Shown one piece after another: positions 1 to 7,761 of a stretch of 17,348 bases of DNA; positions within the stretch are counted from its first letter, which is position 1, and the number at the start of each line of letters is the position of its first letter. The notes beneath the pieces were generated by a model, which searched no databases, was not told where the DNA came from, and saw only the letters and a program-made list of their open reading frames with translations. Location: assembly GCA_017610175.1 (NCBI GenBank), contig JAFCCO010000022.1:1-17348 (forward strand), given 5' to 3'. The translations under genes were made by a program, and so were the position numbers. The DNA comes from Candidatus Iainarchaeum sp. (GTDB taxonomy: Archaea > Iainarchaeota > Iainarchaeia > Iainarchaeales > GCA-2688035).

Positions 1-1
1 C

Positions 2-1114
2 CAAACACCAGAAGGCAAATACTACATCCTAATACTCGCAAACGACAGCTCACTCACAGGATACGACACAAGCGGCAAAACAATCCAAATCTACACCCCC
101 CTCGAAGGACCAGGTCAAGCCTACTGCGGAGACAGAGAATGCAACGGACGCGAAACACCAGCAACCTGCGCCCTGGACTGCCCACCTGTATGCGGGGACG
201 GAGCATGCACAGGAACAGAATCCTTTTTCACCTGCCCATTTGATTGCTTCGGATGCGGAGACGGAACATGCTCAACAACCGAAACCACTTCAACCTGTCC
301 GCAAGACTGCAAACCGGTATGCGGCGACGGAACATGCGCTGGCACAGAAAACTGCCTAACCTGCGCACAAGACTGCGGGCAATGCACAGAAGAAACAACC
401 ATTTTTGAGGAAACATTTGAAAAACAAGCAACAGAACAAGAAATCCAAACACTCGCCCAAGAAACAGGAATCTCAAAACAAAACGCAATCGAAGCATTCA
501 AAAAAGTAGTCCTAACAAGAACAATAAAAGTAACCCAAGCAAAAACCACCCCAAACCAAACAACCTACAAAACCACAATAACAATAAACGCAAAAAACAA
601 AACAACAAACAAACTCAAAAACGTGAAAATACTTGAGGTCATCCCAAAGGCAGTGGCAGAGACAGCATCACAAATCAAAAGCGACTTCAAATTCAAAGTA
701 ATCCAAGAAGACCCAATAATAGAATTCACAATAAAAGAAATCAAACCAAACCAAACAACCGAAGTAACCTACTTTGTAGAAAAAAAAGTGGAAGAAGCAG
801 AACTAGCTGAATGGACACCACCAATTTCCACACAAGCCAAAGAAATAATCCCAAAACCAACAACCTGCAACACAGACCAAGACTGCGACGACCAAAACCC
901 CTGCACAAACCAACTATGCATCAACAACCAATGCAGCTTCATCCCAATAGCAAACGGAACAACCTGCGCATACGGAATGGAATGCAAAAACGCAGAATGC
1001 ACAGAAATACAACGCATCCAGGCCGCAAAAGAACAGGATTACAACACAATACTAATCGCAGTGGCAATGCTCTTAATCCTCGGGGCAGCAGCATACTACT
1101 ACAAAAAACAGTGA
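2..1114 (+). CDS. 5'-truncated membrane-anchored Cys-rich surface protein (4 CGDG-type repeats, globular domain, CDDxNPCT module, C-terminal TM anchor)
   Basis: Frame +2 is open from base 2 to TGA at 1112-1114 (QTPEGKYYIL...); the track ORF 623..1114 is only its tail. It has four CGDxxCxxxExxxxC(P/A)xDC repeats and CNTDQDCDDQNPCTNQLC, and ends in a hydrophobic helix plus YYYKKQ. Confidence 0.9.
   Translation, partial: QTPEGKYYILILANDSSLTGYDTSGKTIQIYTPLEGPGQAYCGDRECNGRETPATCALDCPPVCGDGACTGTESFFTCPFDCFGCGDGTCSTTETTSTCPQDCKPVCGDGTCAGTENCLTCAQDCGQCTEETTIFEETFEKQATEQEIQTLAQETGISKQNAIEAFKKVVLTRTIKVTQAKTTPNQTTYKTTITINAKNKTTNKLKNVKILEVIPKAVAETASQIKSDFKFKVIQEDPIIEFTIKEIKPNQTTEVTYFVEKKVEEAELAEWTPPISTQAKEIIPKPTTCNTDQDCDDQNPCTNQLCINNQCSFIPIANGTTCAYGMECKNAECTEIQRIQAAKEQDYNTILIAVAMLLILGAAAYYYKKQ
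125..376 (+). repeat. Four tandem 19-codon Cys-rich coding repeats
   Basis: 125-181 CGDRECNGRETPATCALDC; 191-247 CGDGACTGTESFFTCPFDC; 254-310 CGDGTCSTTETTSTCPQDC; 320-376 CGDGTCAGTENCLTCAQDC. Confidence 0.95.
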
Positions 1115-1233
1115 TCCGCAAGTAACAGCCGAAACAATATCCTACAAATCCCAGCACATAAGCCAAACAATTAAAAAAAAAGACCGGTGGTTATTTTTAT
1201 GCAGAATCAAGAATTTCTACACCGCCCTAACAA

Positions 1234-1251
1234 TAAAAACTTATTTATAAA
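1234..1251 (+). promoter_or_regulatory. Archaeal BRE/TATA promoter of the DUF3160 gene (probably leaderless)
   Basis: An A-rich stretch is followed by TTTATAAA at 1244-1251, starting 31 nt before ATG 1275. There is no clear SD. Confidence 0.65.
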
Positions 1252-1274
1252 AGAAAGGGCCTACTAACAGTCAT

Positions 1275-3605
1275 ATGAAACAAAAAATTGCAGTGCTTGC
1301 ATTGCTTTTGATGGTTGTCTTTTCAGGTTGTGTTTTGCCAGGTCCTGAACCCGAACCAGGCTCGGATCCAGTCCCATTGATCATTGAACCGATTGATTTG
1401 AGAAACATTTCCACCGAAAAAATCCTGTTTGCGGAAAAATATGTTTTGGACGGAACAGAAATAGAGCTCAAAAGCCGGCAGTATGATTTGCCGCTTTCCC
1501 CTGAAAAAATCAGCAATTTTTCTGACTTTGGCTCAAAGCTTGAATTAAGTGCAGGGGCAAAAAATTTGCTGGAGCAAAACGGATTTGTTGTAATTGATTA
1601 CGGGCCAACCGAAGACATTACCGCACCCTACGAAACCCTTAAGGAACTGGATGTGCCCATTTTTGTAACATCCGATTCCCTGCTGCACCTTTACCACATA
1701 CAATTTGACGAAACCCTGAGAACAATTGAGGAAAAAGAGTTTTTTGACAAAATTTGGAACATAAGCAAGGCAATGTACGAGGACAATGCCGGCAAATACC
1801 AAAGCGCAAGCGGGGACTTGAAGGAAGCCTACAAAAAGAACGCAGCTTTTTTTGCAGTTGGCCTTGAGCTGCTGAAAGCAAGCCCTGCACAATTGCAGGA
1901 AAAATGCGCAGAAAAGGACTGGCAGTGTCAAATGGAGGCATCCAAGGGCGACAAATTTACCGCTGAAGAGGCTGAAAAATACCGGTTTGAACCGGACAGT
2001 TTTGTAAAGGGCCTTGTTGACAGCGAACTTGAACTTATTGGCGACCACGCCGGTTTTGGAATGTCGCCAATTTTTGCATACCAAGAGGATTATTCACAGT
2101 ATGTGCCACGCGGGCACTACACAAGAAGCGAAAAACTCAAAAATTATTTCAAGGGATTTATGTGGTTTGGAAGAATCAGTTTTTTGCTGAAAGGCTGTGA
2201 ATTGGACTGCATTGTAACCGAAGAAGAGGCAAAGCTGCAGACAATGGCTGCCTCACTTATTGCGGGAAAATTTGCAGAGGACACGGGCTTAATGGAGTCC
2301 TGGGAAAGAATTTATGCGGTCACCGCGTTCTATGTCGGGCTGTCAGACGACCTTGGGCCATACGAATATATGGAAGCATTAAACGAAGTGTTTGAAAGCA
2401 ATTTTGACCCAAACGCTTTCACCGCCGAAAAGGTATTGGAAATTAAGGCAAAGCTTGCCGAGTACAGAAGCCCAAAAATTTACGGCGGAACAGGGGCCTG
2501 TGTTATTTCACCTCCGTTTACCCCAGAACAGGCGGACGAATGCCTGGAAAACACAAAAGGCTTTAGGTTTATGGGCCAGAGATTCATTCCAGACTCCTAC
2601 ATGTTCAGCAACCTTGTTGGGCAATACACGGACATATACCTAGGAAACATGGAGCCAAAACCATTTACCTGGATTGTTTCAGGGGCAGGACGTGAAATAA
2701 GGGGCTTTCCACGCGGGCTGGATGTAATGGCCTTGCTTGGGTCAAAGAGGGCAAAAGAACTTTTGTCTGAATTAGACGACGACAATTACAGGCTTTACGG
2801 CAAAGCATACTCCAAACTTAAGGAAGAATTCAATTCGCTTGACGAAAGCGAGTGGAACAAAAACCTTTACTGGGCCTGGCTTTTCGCGCTAAAGCCCTTG
2901 CTGAAGGAATACGGTGACGGCTATCCATCCTTTATGCAGACAACTGCCTGGCAGGACAAGCAGCTGACAACCGCGCTGGCGTCGTGGACCGAACTAAGGC
3001 ACGACACCATACTTTATGCAAAGCAAAGCTATACAATGGCTGAAACCGGCATGCCCCTGCCTGAACCGCCGGTTGTTGGCTATGTTGAACCGGTGCCGGA
3101 GTTTTACAACCGGCTTTTGGCTTTAACCAGAATGACCACACAGGGGCTGGACGAAATGGATGTTTTGGATGACACATCCAGGTACAGGCTTGAAAACTTG
3201 GAAACCGTTCTAGAAAGGCTTGTTGTGCTAAGCAAAAAGGAATTGGAAAATGAGAAACTTGAAGACGCAGACTACGAGTTTATAAAAAATTTTGGAGACG
3301 AACTGAACAACGTTATTGCAGACGTTGACGAAAAGGCAAAGAAAACCACCCTTGTTGCAGACGTTCACACAGACGGAAACACAAGGCAGGTTTTGGAGGA
3401 AGGCGTTGGCTATGTGCGCCTTGTTGTTGCGGCATACAAAGTTCCGGACGGAAGGATTTTGCTTGGAGCCGGGCCTGTGTTTTCATACTACGAATTCAAA
3501 CAGCCAATGAAAAACAGGCTTACCGACGAAGCATGGCGTGAAATGCTTGAAAAAGGCGATTTTCCAAGCGAAACAGAGTGGTCTGAAAACTTTTACTCAA
3601 AGTAA
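1275..3605 (+). CDS. DUF3160 family lipoprotein
   Basis: Lipobox signal (VVFSG|C). Motifs recognised as DUF3160: EDYSQYVPRGHYT, ASWTELRHDTILYAKQSY, GYVEPVPEFY, VADVHT, GPVFSYYEF, RLTDEAW. Confidence 0.9.
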   Translation: MKQKIAVLALLLMVVFSGCVLPGPEPEPGSDPVPLIIEPIDLRNISTEKILFAEKYVLDGTEIELKSRQYDLPLSPEKISNFSDFGSKLELSAGAKNLLEQNGFVVIDYGPTEDITAPYETLKELDVPIFVTSDSLLHLYHIQFDETLRTIEEKEFFDKIWNISKAMYEDNAGKYQSASGDLKEAYKKNAAFFAVGLELLKASPAQLQEKCAEKDWQCQMEASKGDKFTAEEAEKYRFEPDSFVKGLVDSELELIGDHAGFGMSPIFAYQEDYSQYVPRGHYTRSEKLKNYFKGFMWFGRISFLLKGCELDCIVTEEEAKLQTMAASLIAGKFAEDTGLMESWERIYAVTAFYVGLSDDLGPYEYMEALNEVFESNFDPNAFTAEKVLEIKAKLAEYRSPKIYGGTGACVISPPFTPEQADECLENTKGFRFMGQRFIPDSYMFSNLVGQYTDIYLGNMEPKPFTWIVSGAGREIRGFPRGLDVMALLGSKRAKELLSELDDDNYRLYGKAYSKLKEEFNSLDESEWNKNLYWAWLFALKPLLKEYGDGYPSFMQTTAWQDKQLTTALASWTELRHDTILYAKQSYTMAETGMPLPEPPVVGYVEPVPEFYNRLLALTRMTTQGLDEMDVLDDTSRYRLENLETVLERLVVLSKKELENEKLEDADYEFIKNFGDELNNVIADVDEKAKKTTLVADVHTDGNTRQVLEEGVGYVRLVVAAYKVPDGRILLGAGPVFSYYEFKQPMKNRLTDEAWREMLEKGDFPSETEWSENFYSK

Positions 3606-3631
3606 GCCCTGTTTTTGTCTGCCTGTGCAAA

Positions 3632-3664
3632 TTAGGCTTTTGCCTAACAAAAAAACTCTTTTTT
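3632..3664 (+). terminator. Hairpin plus T-tract after the DUF3160 gene
   Basis: TTAGGC-TTTT-GCCTAA (3632-3647), followed by an A7 run and a T6 run (3659-3664). Confidence 0.4.
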
Positions 3665-3773
3665 AAACAGCTTGGGCTGCTAAGCTTTAGTGCGGGATTT
3701 TTATTCAGAATCCAAACCAGCAAAGAATAAATACCGCATTGAAGATACTCAAACCAAAAGAGGAGATGATTTA

Positions 3774-6700
3774 GTGGACAAGGCAAAATTATTCACAATT
3801 TTAATAGCAACAATTATATTTAGCGGAATTGCTTACGCAATACCAAACCCGGCCCCAATATACTGCGAGGAAATGGGCTACAAAACCGACGGCGAAAACT
3901 GCGTTTTTAACGACGGGGAAATCTGTGAAGCGTGGTCTTTTTACAGAGGGGAATGCGGTTCAGAATATGTGAAAGAACTTGCCTGCACAACTCTTGGAAA
4001 CTCAAATCTCCCAGGCCACGAATGCTGTGAAAACCTTGTTCCAACCACTCCTGCTTCTGGAACCACAATAAATAATGGAGTTTGCGCTATTGCAATCGGA
4101 GGCTGGCCTGTCTGCCTTGCATGCGGAGACGGAATGTGCGACGACGAACTTGAAAACAGCTGCAACTGCCCAAGCGATTGCTCTGAACCAACAGCCTGCC
4201 CTGCAGAAATTGATATAACCTCCTCCAAAACAACCTATTACACCGGAGACGAAAGTTTACTCACCATAAGCATATATGATGACAGTGGAAACCCGATTCC
4301 ATTCTCTGAATTCTCAATTAATGCAGTACTCGAAACCGAGAGTGAAAGACAAGAAGTAGGCCCCAGTTATTATGCAACAGACTCCAGCGGAAAACACCAA
4401 GAAGGCGGAACAGCAACAGATGTTGAAGAAGACATTACAGTACATTACACAGTCTACACTGAAACAGAGAACTGTGAACGCAAAACTGATAACCTTACAA
4501 TAAAAATAATAAGTGATGACAACTCATGCGTCTGCCCAGAAATCTACTCCCCAGTGTGCGGCGTGGACGGGCAAACATACGCAAACAAATGCTTTGCATC
4601 ATGCGAAGACACTGGGATTGCCTATGAGGGAAAGTGCAGACCACAGGATACAATAAAGGTTGAGCTTGGACAAAAGTTTGAACTCTTTGAAAGACAGAAA
4701 GCCATGCTGCTTGAAAATGGCAGAAACACAGGAGTGGATATAACCCTTGTTGGAATTTATGCCCCAACATATACCACAGAAGACCATGCGGATTATGTAA
4801 ATATTCGCGGGCTTGTTGCCCAGCTGCAAATCTCAAAAACAGAAGGAGATGTTGCATCAGGGACAAACATTAGTCTGCAAGTTGGAGAATCAACAAAGGT
4901 CTTTGGAATAACATTCACTGCCCTTTCACTGGAGCACTCTAGTCAAATGATTGTACTGGTTGCGGAAAAGGACTCAGTTCCTGAAACAGTCAGTGCAAGG
5001 CTTGGCGAGAAATTTGACTTGTTTGAAAACCAAACAGCATATATTTCACACAATGAACGTGACGTAGAAGTAATGAAAATCAATTTTGAAAACGTATCAG
5101 TCACAAACGCATGCACTTCAAGTGGCGGCGTAGAAGTTGATTGTGACTCAGGAACATACGCCCAATTCCACATAAGTGTTGAAAACGCTGGAAGCCAATA
5201 TGTAAGCTTAAGGCAGGGACAGTCAAGGAATATTGGAAACTACAAGGTTTCACTTCTTTCACTACACCAAATAAAAACAAATGGCATGAAATACAGCGCA
5301 ACGCTTGTTGTAGAAAAGATAAGCGAGCCAGAGACAATTGTTGTATACCTTGACAAGGCATTTAATCTGCAAGAAAAGCAGAAAGCAATTGTCAGGGAAA
5401 CAAACATGCAGCTCAAAGTTGTTAGCCTTTCGGAAGACGGCGCCGTTGTAGAAGTGCTTTCGCCAATAAGGCATACACAGGTAAGGCCAACAACAGTAAC
5501 ATCAACCGGGAGTACTCAGGGCAGGGCAATGAACGCAAATTCAGTGGCCGGGTCTGTCGGTATTGCAACAGCAGACGCTGTTAAAACAGCTGTTGAAACT
5601 GTGAGGGAAAGCATTGCAACACAGAGCATGGTTTACAGGCCATACATAAAGCTAAGGCAAGGCCAATCAGAAACAATATATGGCCACAAAATAACGCTGA
5701 ATATGGTTGCATTTTCAAACTGCACAGCTGATGCAAATTGCATTGGAGAGGCAGGTTTTGCAAACTTTACAGTAAGCATGGAAACAGAGCCAGACATTAA
5801 AAAAGTTCACCTAAACGAAAAATTCGAGCTTGCCACAAGCCAAACAGCGATTGTTTTGGATGAAGAGCAAAATAATTATGGAACAAATTACGAGGCAATG
5901 AGAATCAAGCTAGAGGGCATTGCAACTCCAATGATTATGTGCAAAGAAGGAAGTGTTTGCGATGTAAGGCCTATGGCCAGCGTTTCCATTAAATCCGAGC
6001 TTTTCAACGGCGCACTATCGCTTAGGGAAGGGCAGGAGAGGATGGTTGGAAACCACAGCGTAAGGCTCTTAGACATATCTGGAAGCAATGCCGTGTTTAT
6101 TGTAAAGAAAGCTGTTTCAGATATCCTAAAAGTGCACCTTGACGAGCACTTTGGCCTAAAGCAAAAGCAGACAGCTCTTGTAAGTGAAGAAAACCTTTAT
6201 ATCAAGCTAGAGGGCGTAGAAATAGTGAGGTGTGTTGAGGAAGACTCCCGCTGCATTGGCGGAAGCTATGCACACATAAATGTTTGGAAAAATATTTCAC
6301 ACAAGGAAAATGAATCACGCACAATAGGGCTTCACCAAATCAGGGAAGGAGAAACCCTGAATTTATACGGTGTGAGAATTACGCTCCGCGAATTAAGCGG
6401 CAGGGGCGCAGAATTTGTCGTACGCAAGGGAGATGGCGGAGTAATAAACGTACACGTCGGCGAGCCATTCAAGCTGAAGGAAAGGCAGGCAGCACGCGTG
6501 CTCGAAGCAAACATGAGACTTGATTTGCTCAACATATTTTCTCCAGACTGTAGTGAAGAAGAAGATTGCATAGGGGCTTCGCAGATAGTTGAGATAAGCG
6601 TTAGCAACTACCTGTTTTCAAAAGCTGAAACAGGCAGGGAAGTGCGCTCAATTGAATATGCTGAAACTGTTGTAGAGCGGACTGTTAGTGCAGAGGGAAA

Positions 6701-7394
6701 CTCTGTTACTTCAAGTGTTTCAAACGAAATTGGCGCAATGCCAGTCCCCCCAAAGCCATTTGACGTAATAATGCTTAGGGCAGGAGAAAGCACTGAAGTA
6801 AACGATTTTGTTATAACTGTTCTAAACATTAGTTACAATCACGCAGAATTTGTTGTAAAGAGAAAAGGAAGCAACACAGAAATGAAGCTTGAGATTCACA
6901 AGGGCTGGAACCTGTTCTCAATTCCAGGGGATTTGGATGTTATAAGCAGCAGCGAATGTGAGTCATCCGACTTCAAACTATTTGAATACATTGCATCAGA
7001 GAAAAGATTTGAAAAAGTTAGCGAGCCAAAGAAAGGAAAGGCTTACTGGCTTTACAATCCAGGAAACTCTTGCCAGGTACAAGCTGTTGTAAGGGAATAC
7101 ATTGGTGTACACAAAATAGATTCACTGATTGCGGGCTGGAACTTTGTTCCGGTAACCGTTGACATGATTGGAACAACAATAGGCAAGCTTGGAGAAGACT
7201 GCGGACTAAAAGCAGCATTCTTTTACAATGCCACAAGCAATAAATGGGAACCTGCCCTGGACAAAAAAATTGGAGAAAATGATTTGGGTAAAGCGATAGC
7301 AGTTTACGCAACAAACGCCTGCTCGCTTGGAAATGTAACCCACATCCCAGAACCAATACCGGCATTCCCTGAATTGCCTGGAACGGAGGAATGA
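3774..7394 (+). CDS. Large secreted mosaic protein: DUF333-like, Cys-rich/CGDG module, beta-rich domain, Kazal domain, six ~110-150-aa repeats, GWN-motif C-terminal domain
   Basis: The probable start is GTG 3774, after the SD-like GAGGAGATGA (3760-3769), giving the signal peptide MDKAKLFTILIATIIFSGIAYA. NPAPIYC...CVFNDGEICEAWSFYRGEC is DUF333-like (~3840-3959). CGDGMC..ENSCNCPSDC lies at 4122-4181 and the Kazal CVCPEIYSPVCGVDGQTYANKC...YEGKC at 4527-4637. GWNLFSIP and GWNFVPV are near the C-terminus. Confidence 0.88.
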   Translation: MDKAKLFTILIATIIFSGIAYAIPNPAPIYCEEMGYKTDGENCVFNDGEICEAWSFYRGECGSEYVKELACTTLGNSNLPGHECCENLVPTTPASGTTINNGVCAIAIGGWPVCLACGDGMCDDELENSCNCPSDCSEPTACPAEIDITSSKTTYYTGDESLLTISIYDDSGNPIPFSEFSINAVLETESERQEVGPSYYATDSSGKHQEGGTATDVEEDITVHYTVYTETENCERKTDNLTIKIISDDNSCVCPEIYSPVCGVDGQTYANKCFASCEDTGIAYEGKCRPQDTIKVELGQKFELFERQKAMLLENGRNTGVDITLVGIYAPTYTTEDHADYVNIRGLVAQLQISKTEGDVASGTNISLQVGESTKVFGITFTALSLEHSSQMIVLVAEKDSVPETVSARLGEKFDLFENQTAYISHNERDVEVMKINFENVSVTNACTSSGGVEVDCDSGTYAQFHISVENAGSQYVSLRQGQSRNIGNYKVSLLSLHQIKTNGMKYSATLVVEKISEPETIVVYLDKAFNLQEKQKAIVRETNMQLKVVSLSEDGAVVEVLSPIRHTQVRPTTVTSTGSTQGRAMNANSVAGSVGIATADAVKTAVETVRESIATQSMVYRPYIKLRQGQSETIYGHKITLNMVAFSNCTADANCIGEAGFANFTVSMETEPDIKKVHLNEKFELATSQTAIVLDEEQNNYGTNYEAMRIKLEGIATPMIMCKEGSVCDVRPMASVSIKSELFNGALSLREGQERMVGNHSVRLLDISGSNAVFIVKKAVSDILKVHLDEHFGLKQKQTALVSEENLYIKLEGVEIVRCVEEDSRCIGGSYAHINVWKNISHKENESRTIGLHQIREGETLNLYGVRITLRELSGRGAEFVVRKGDGGVINVHVGEPFKLKERQAARVLEANMRLDLLNIFSPDCSEEEDCIGASQIVEISVSNYLFSKAETGREVRSIEYAETVVERTVSAEGNSVTSSVSNEIGAMPVPPKPFDVIMLRAGESTEVNDFVITVLNISYNHAEFVVKRKGSNTEMKLEIHKGWNLFSIPGDLDVISSSECESSDFKLFEYIASEKRFEKVSEPKKGKAYWLYNPGNSCQVQAVVREYIGVHKIDSLIAGWNFVPVTVDMIGTTIGKLGEDCGLKAAFFYNATSNKWEPALDKKIGENDLGKAIAVYATNACSLGNVTHIPEPIPAFPELPGTEE
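4653..6870 (+). repeat. Six diverged protein-level repeats (VxLxExFxLxExQxA ... LRxGxSxxIxGxxIxL ... AxxVVxK)
   Basis: Repeat starts at ~4653 IKVELGQKFELFERQKA, ~4989 VSARLGEKFDLFENQTA, ~5337 IVVYLDKAFNLQEKQKA, ~5799 KKVHLNEKFELATSQTA, ~6126 LKVHLDEHFGLKQKQTA, ~6444 INVHVGEPFKLKERQAA. Confidence 0.85.
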
Positions 7395-7606
7395 AAATGA
7401 ACATAAAAATAGGAATTGTAATTACATTGCTTGCACTTGTTTTATTCAGCGGATGTGTAGAAGAGGCAACGTGTGGAAACGACGTGTGTGAGGCAGGCGA
7501 AACAGAGGGGACATGCCCAGCAGACTGTGCAGAAATTGAGGACCCCCCACTCCCCCCAATACCTACAGATGAGGCAAACGAAGGACCCCCTGAATTGCCA
7601 TTCTAA
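7391..7606 (+). CDS. Small lipoprotein with one Cys-rich module and an acidic Pro-rich tail
   Basis: ATGA overlap with the upstream stop; an alternative ATG at 7397 lies 7 nt after GGAGG (7385-7389). Lipobox LFSG|C; CGNDVCEAGETEGTCPADC at 7472-7528; ends GPPELPF. Confidence 0.85.
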   Translation: MKMNIKIGIVITLLALVLFSGCVEEATCGNDVCEAGETEGTCPADCAEIEDPPLPPIPTDEANEGPPELPF

Positions 7607-7612
7607 GCACAG

Positions 7613-7745
7613 AAGGGGAGTCCCTTAAAACGGCAACTGGGCTATAGTAGTTCGCGGTTTCAGCACAGAAAAACAGCATTTGGGCTAAAAAAATGCTGAA
7701 TTAGGCTAATTTTAACTTATTTTCAGGCAAAAAAGGGCGTTTTTG
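7613..7745. terminator. Convergent intergenic terminator region with several hairpins
   Basis: AAGGG-GAGT-CCCTT (7613-7626); CAGCATTT-N9-AAATGCTG (7674-7698); AATTAG-G-CTAATT (7699-7711); T-tracts on both strands. Confidence 0.5.
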
Positions 7746-7761
7746 GGGTCCAAATAGGGCA

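Noticed and set aside
623-1114. Track ORF as an independent 163-aa gene
   Set aside because: The same frame is open back to base 2 with coherent repeats, so GTG 623 is an internal Val.
1-1114. DGR template/variable repeat suggested by AAC/A-richness
   Set aside because: There is no near-identical repeat pair differing at adenines and no reverse transcriptase in the window.
3690-3773. N-terminal extension of the 1234-aa ORF
   Set aside because: The SD and signal peptide point to GTG 3774.
7543-7557. Two C6 tracts as phase-variation sites
   Set aside because: They are short and explained by Pro codons, and the frame is intact.
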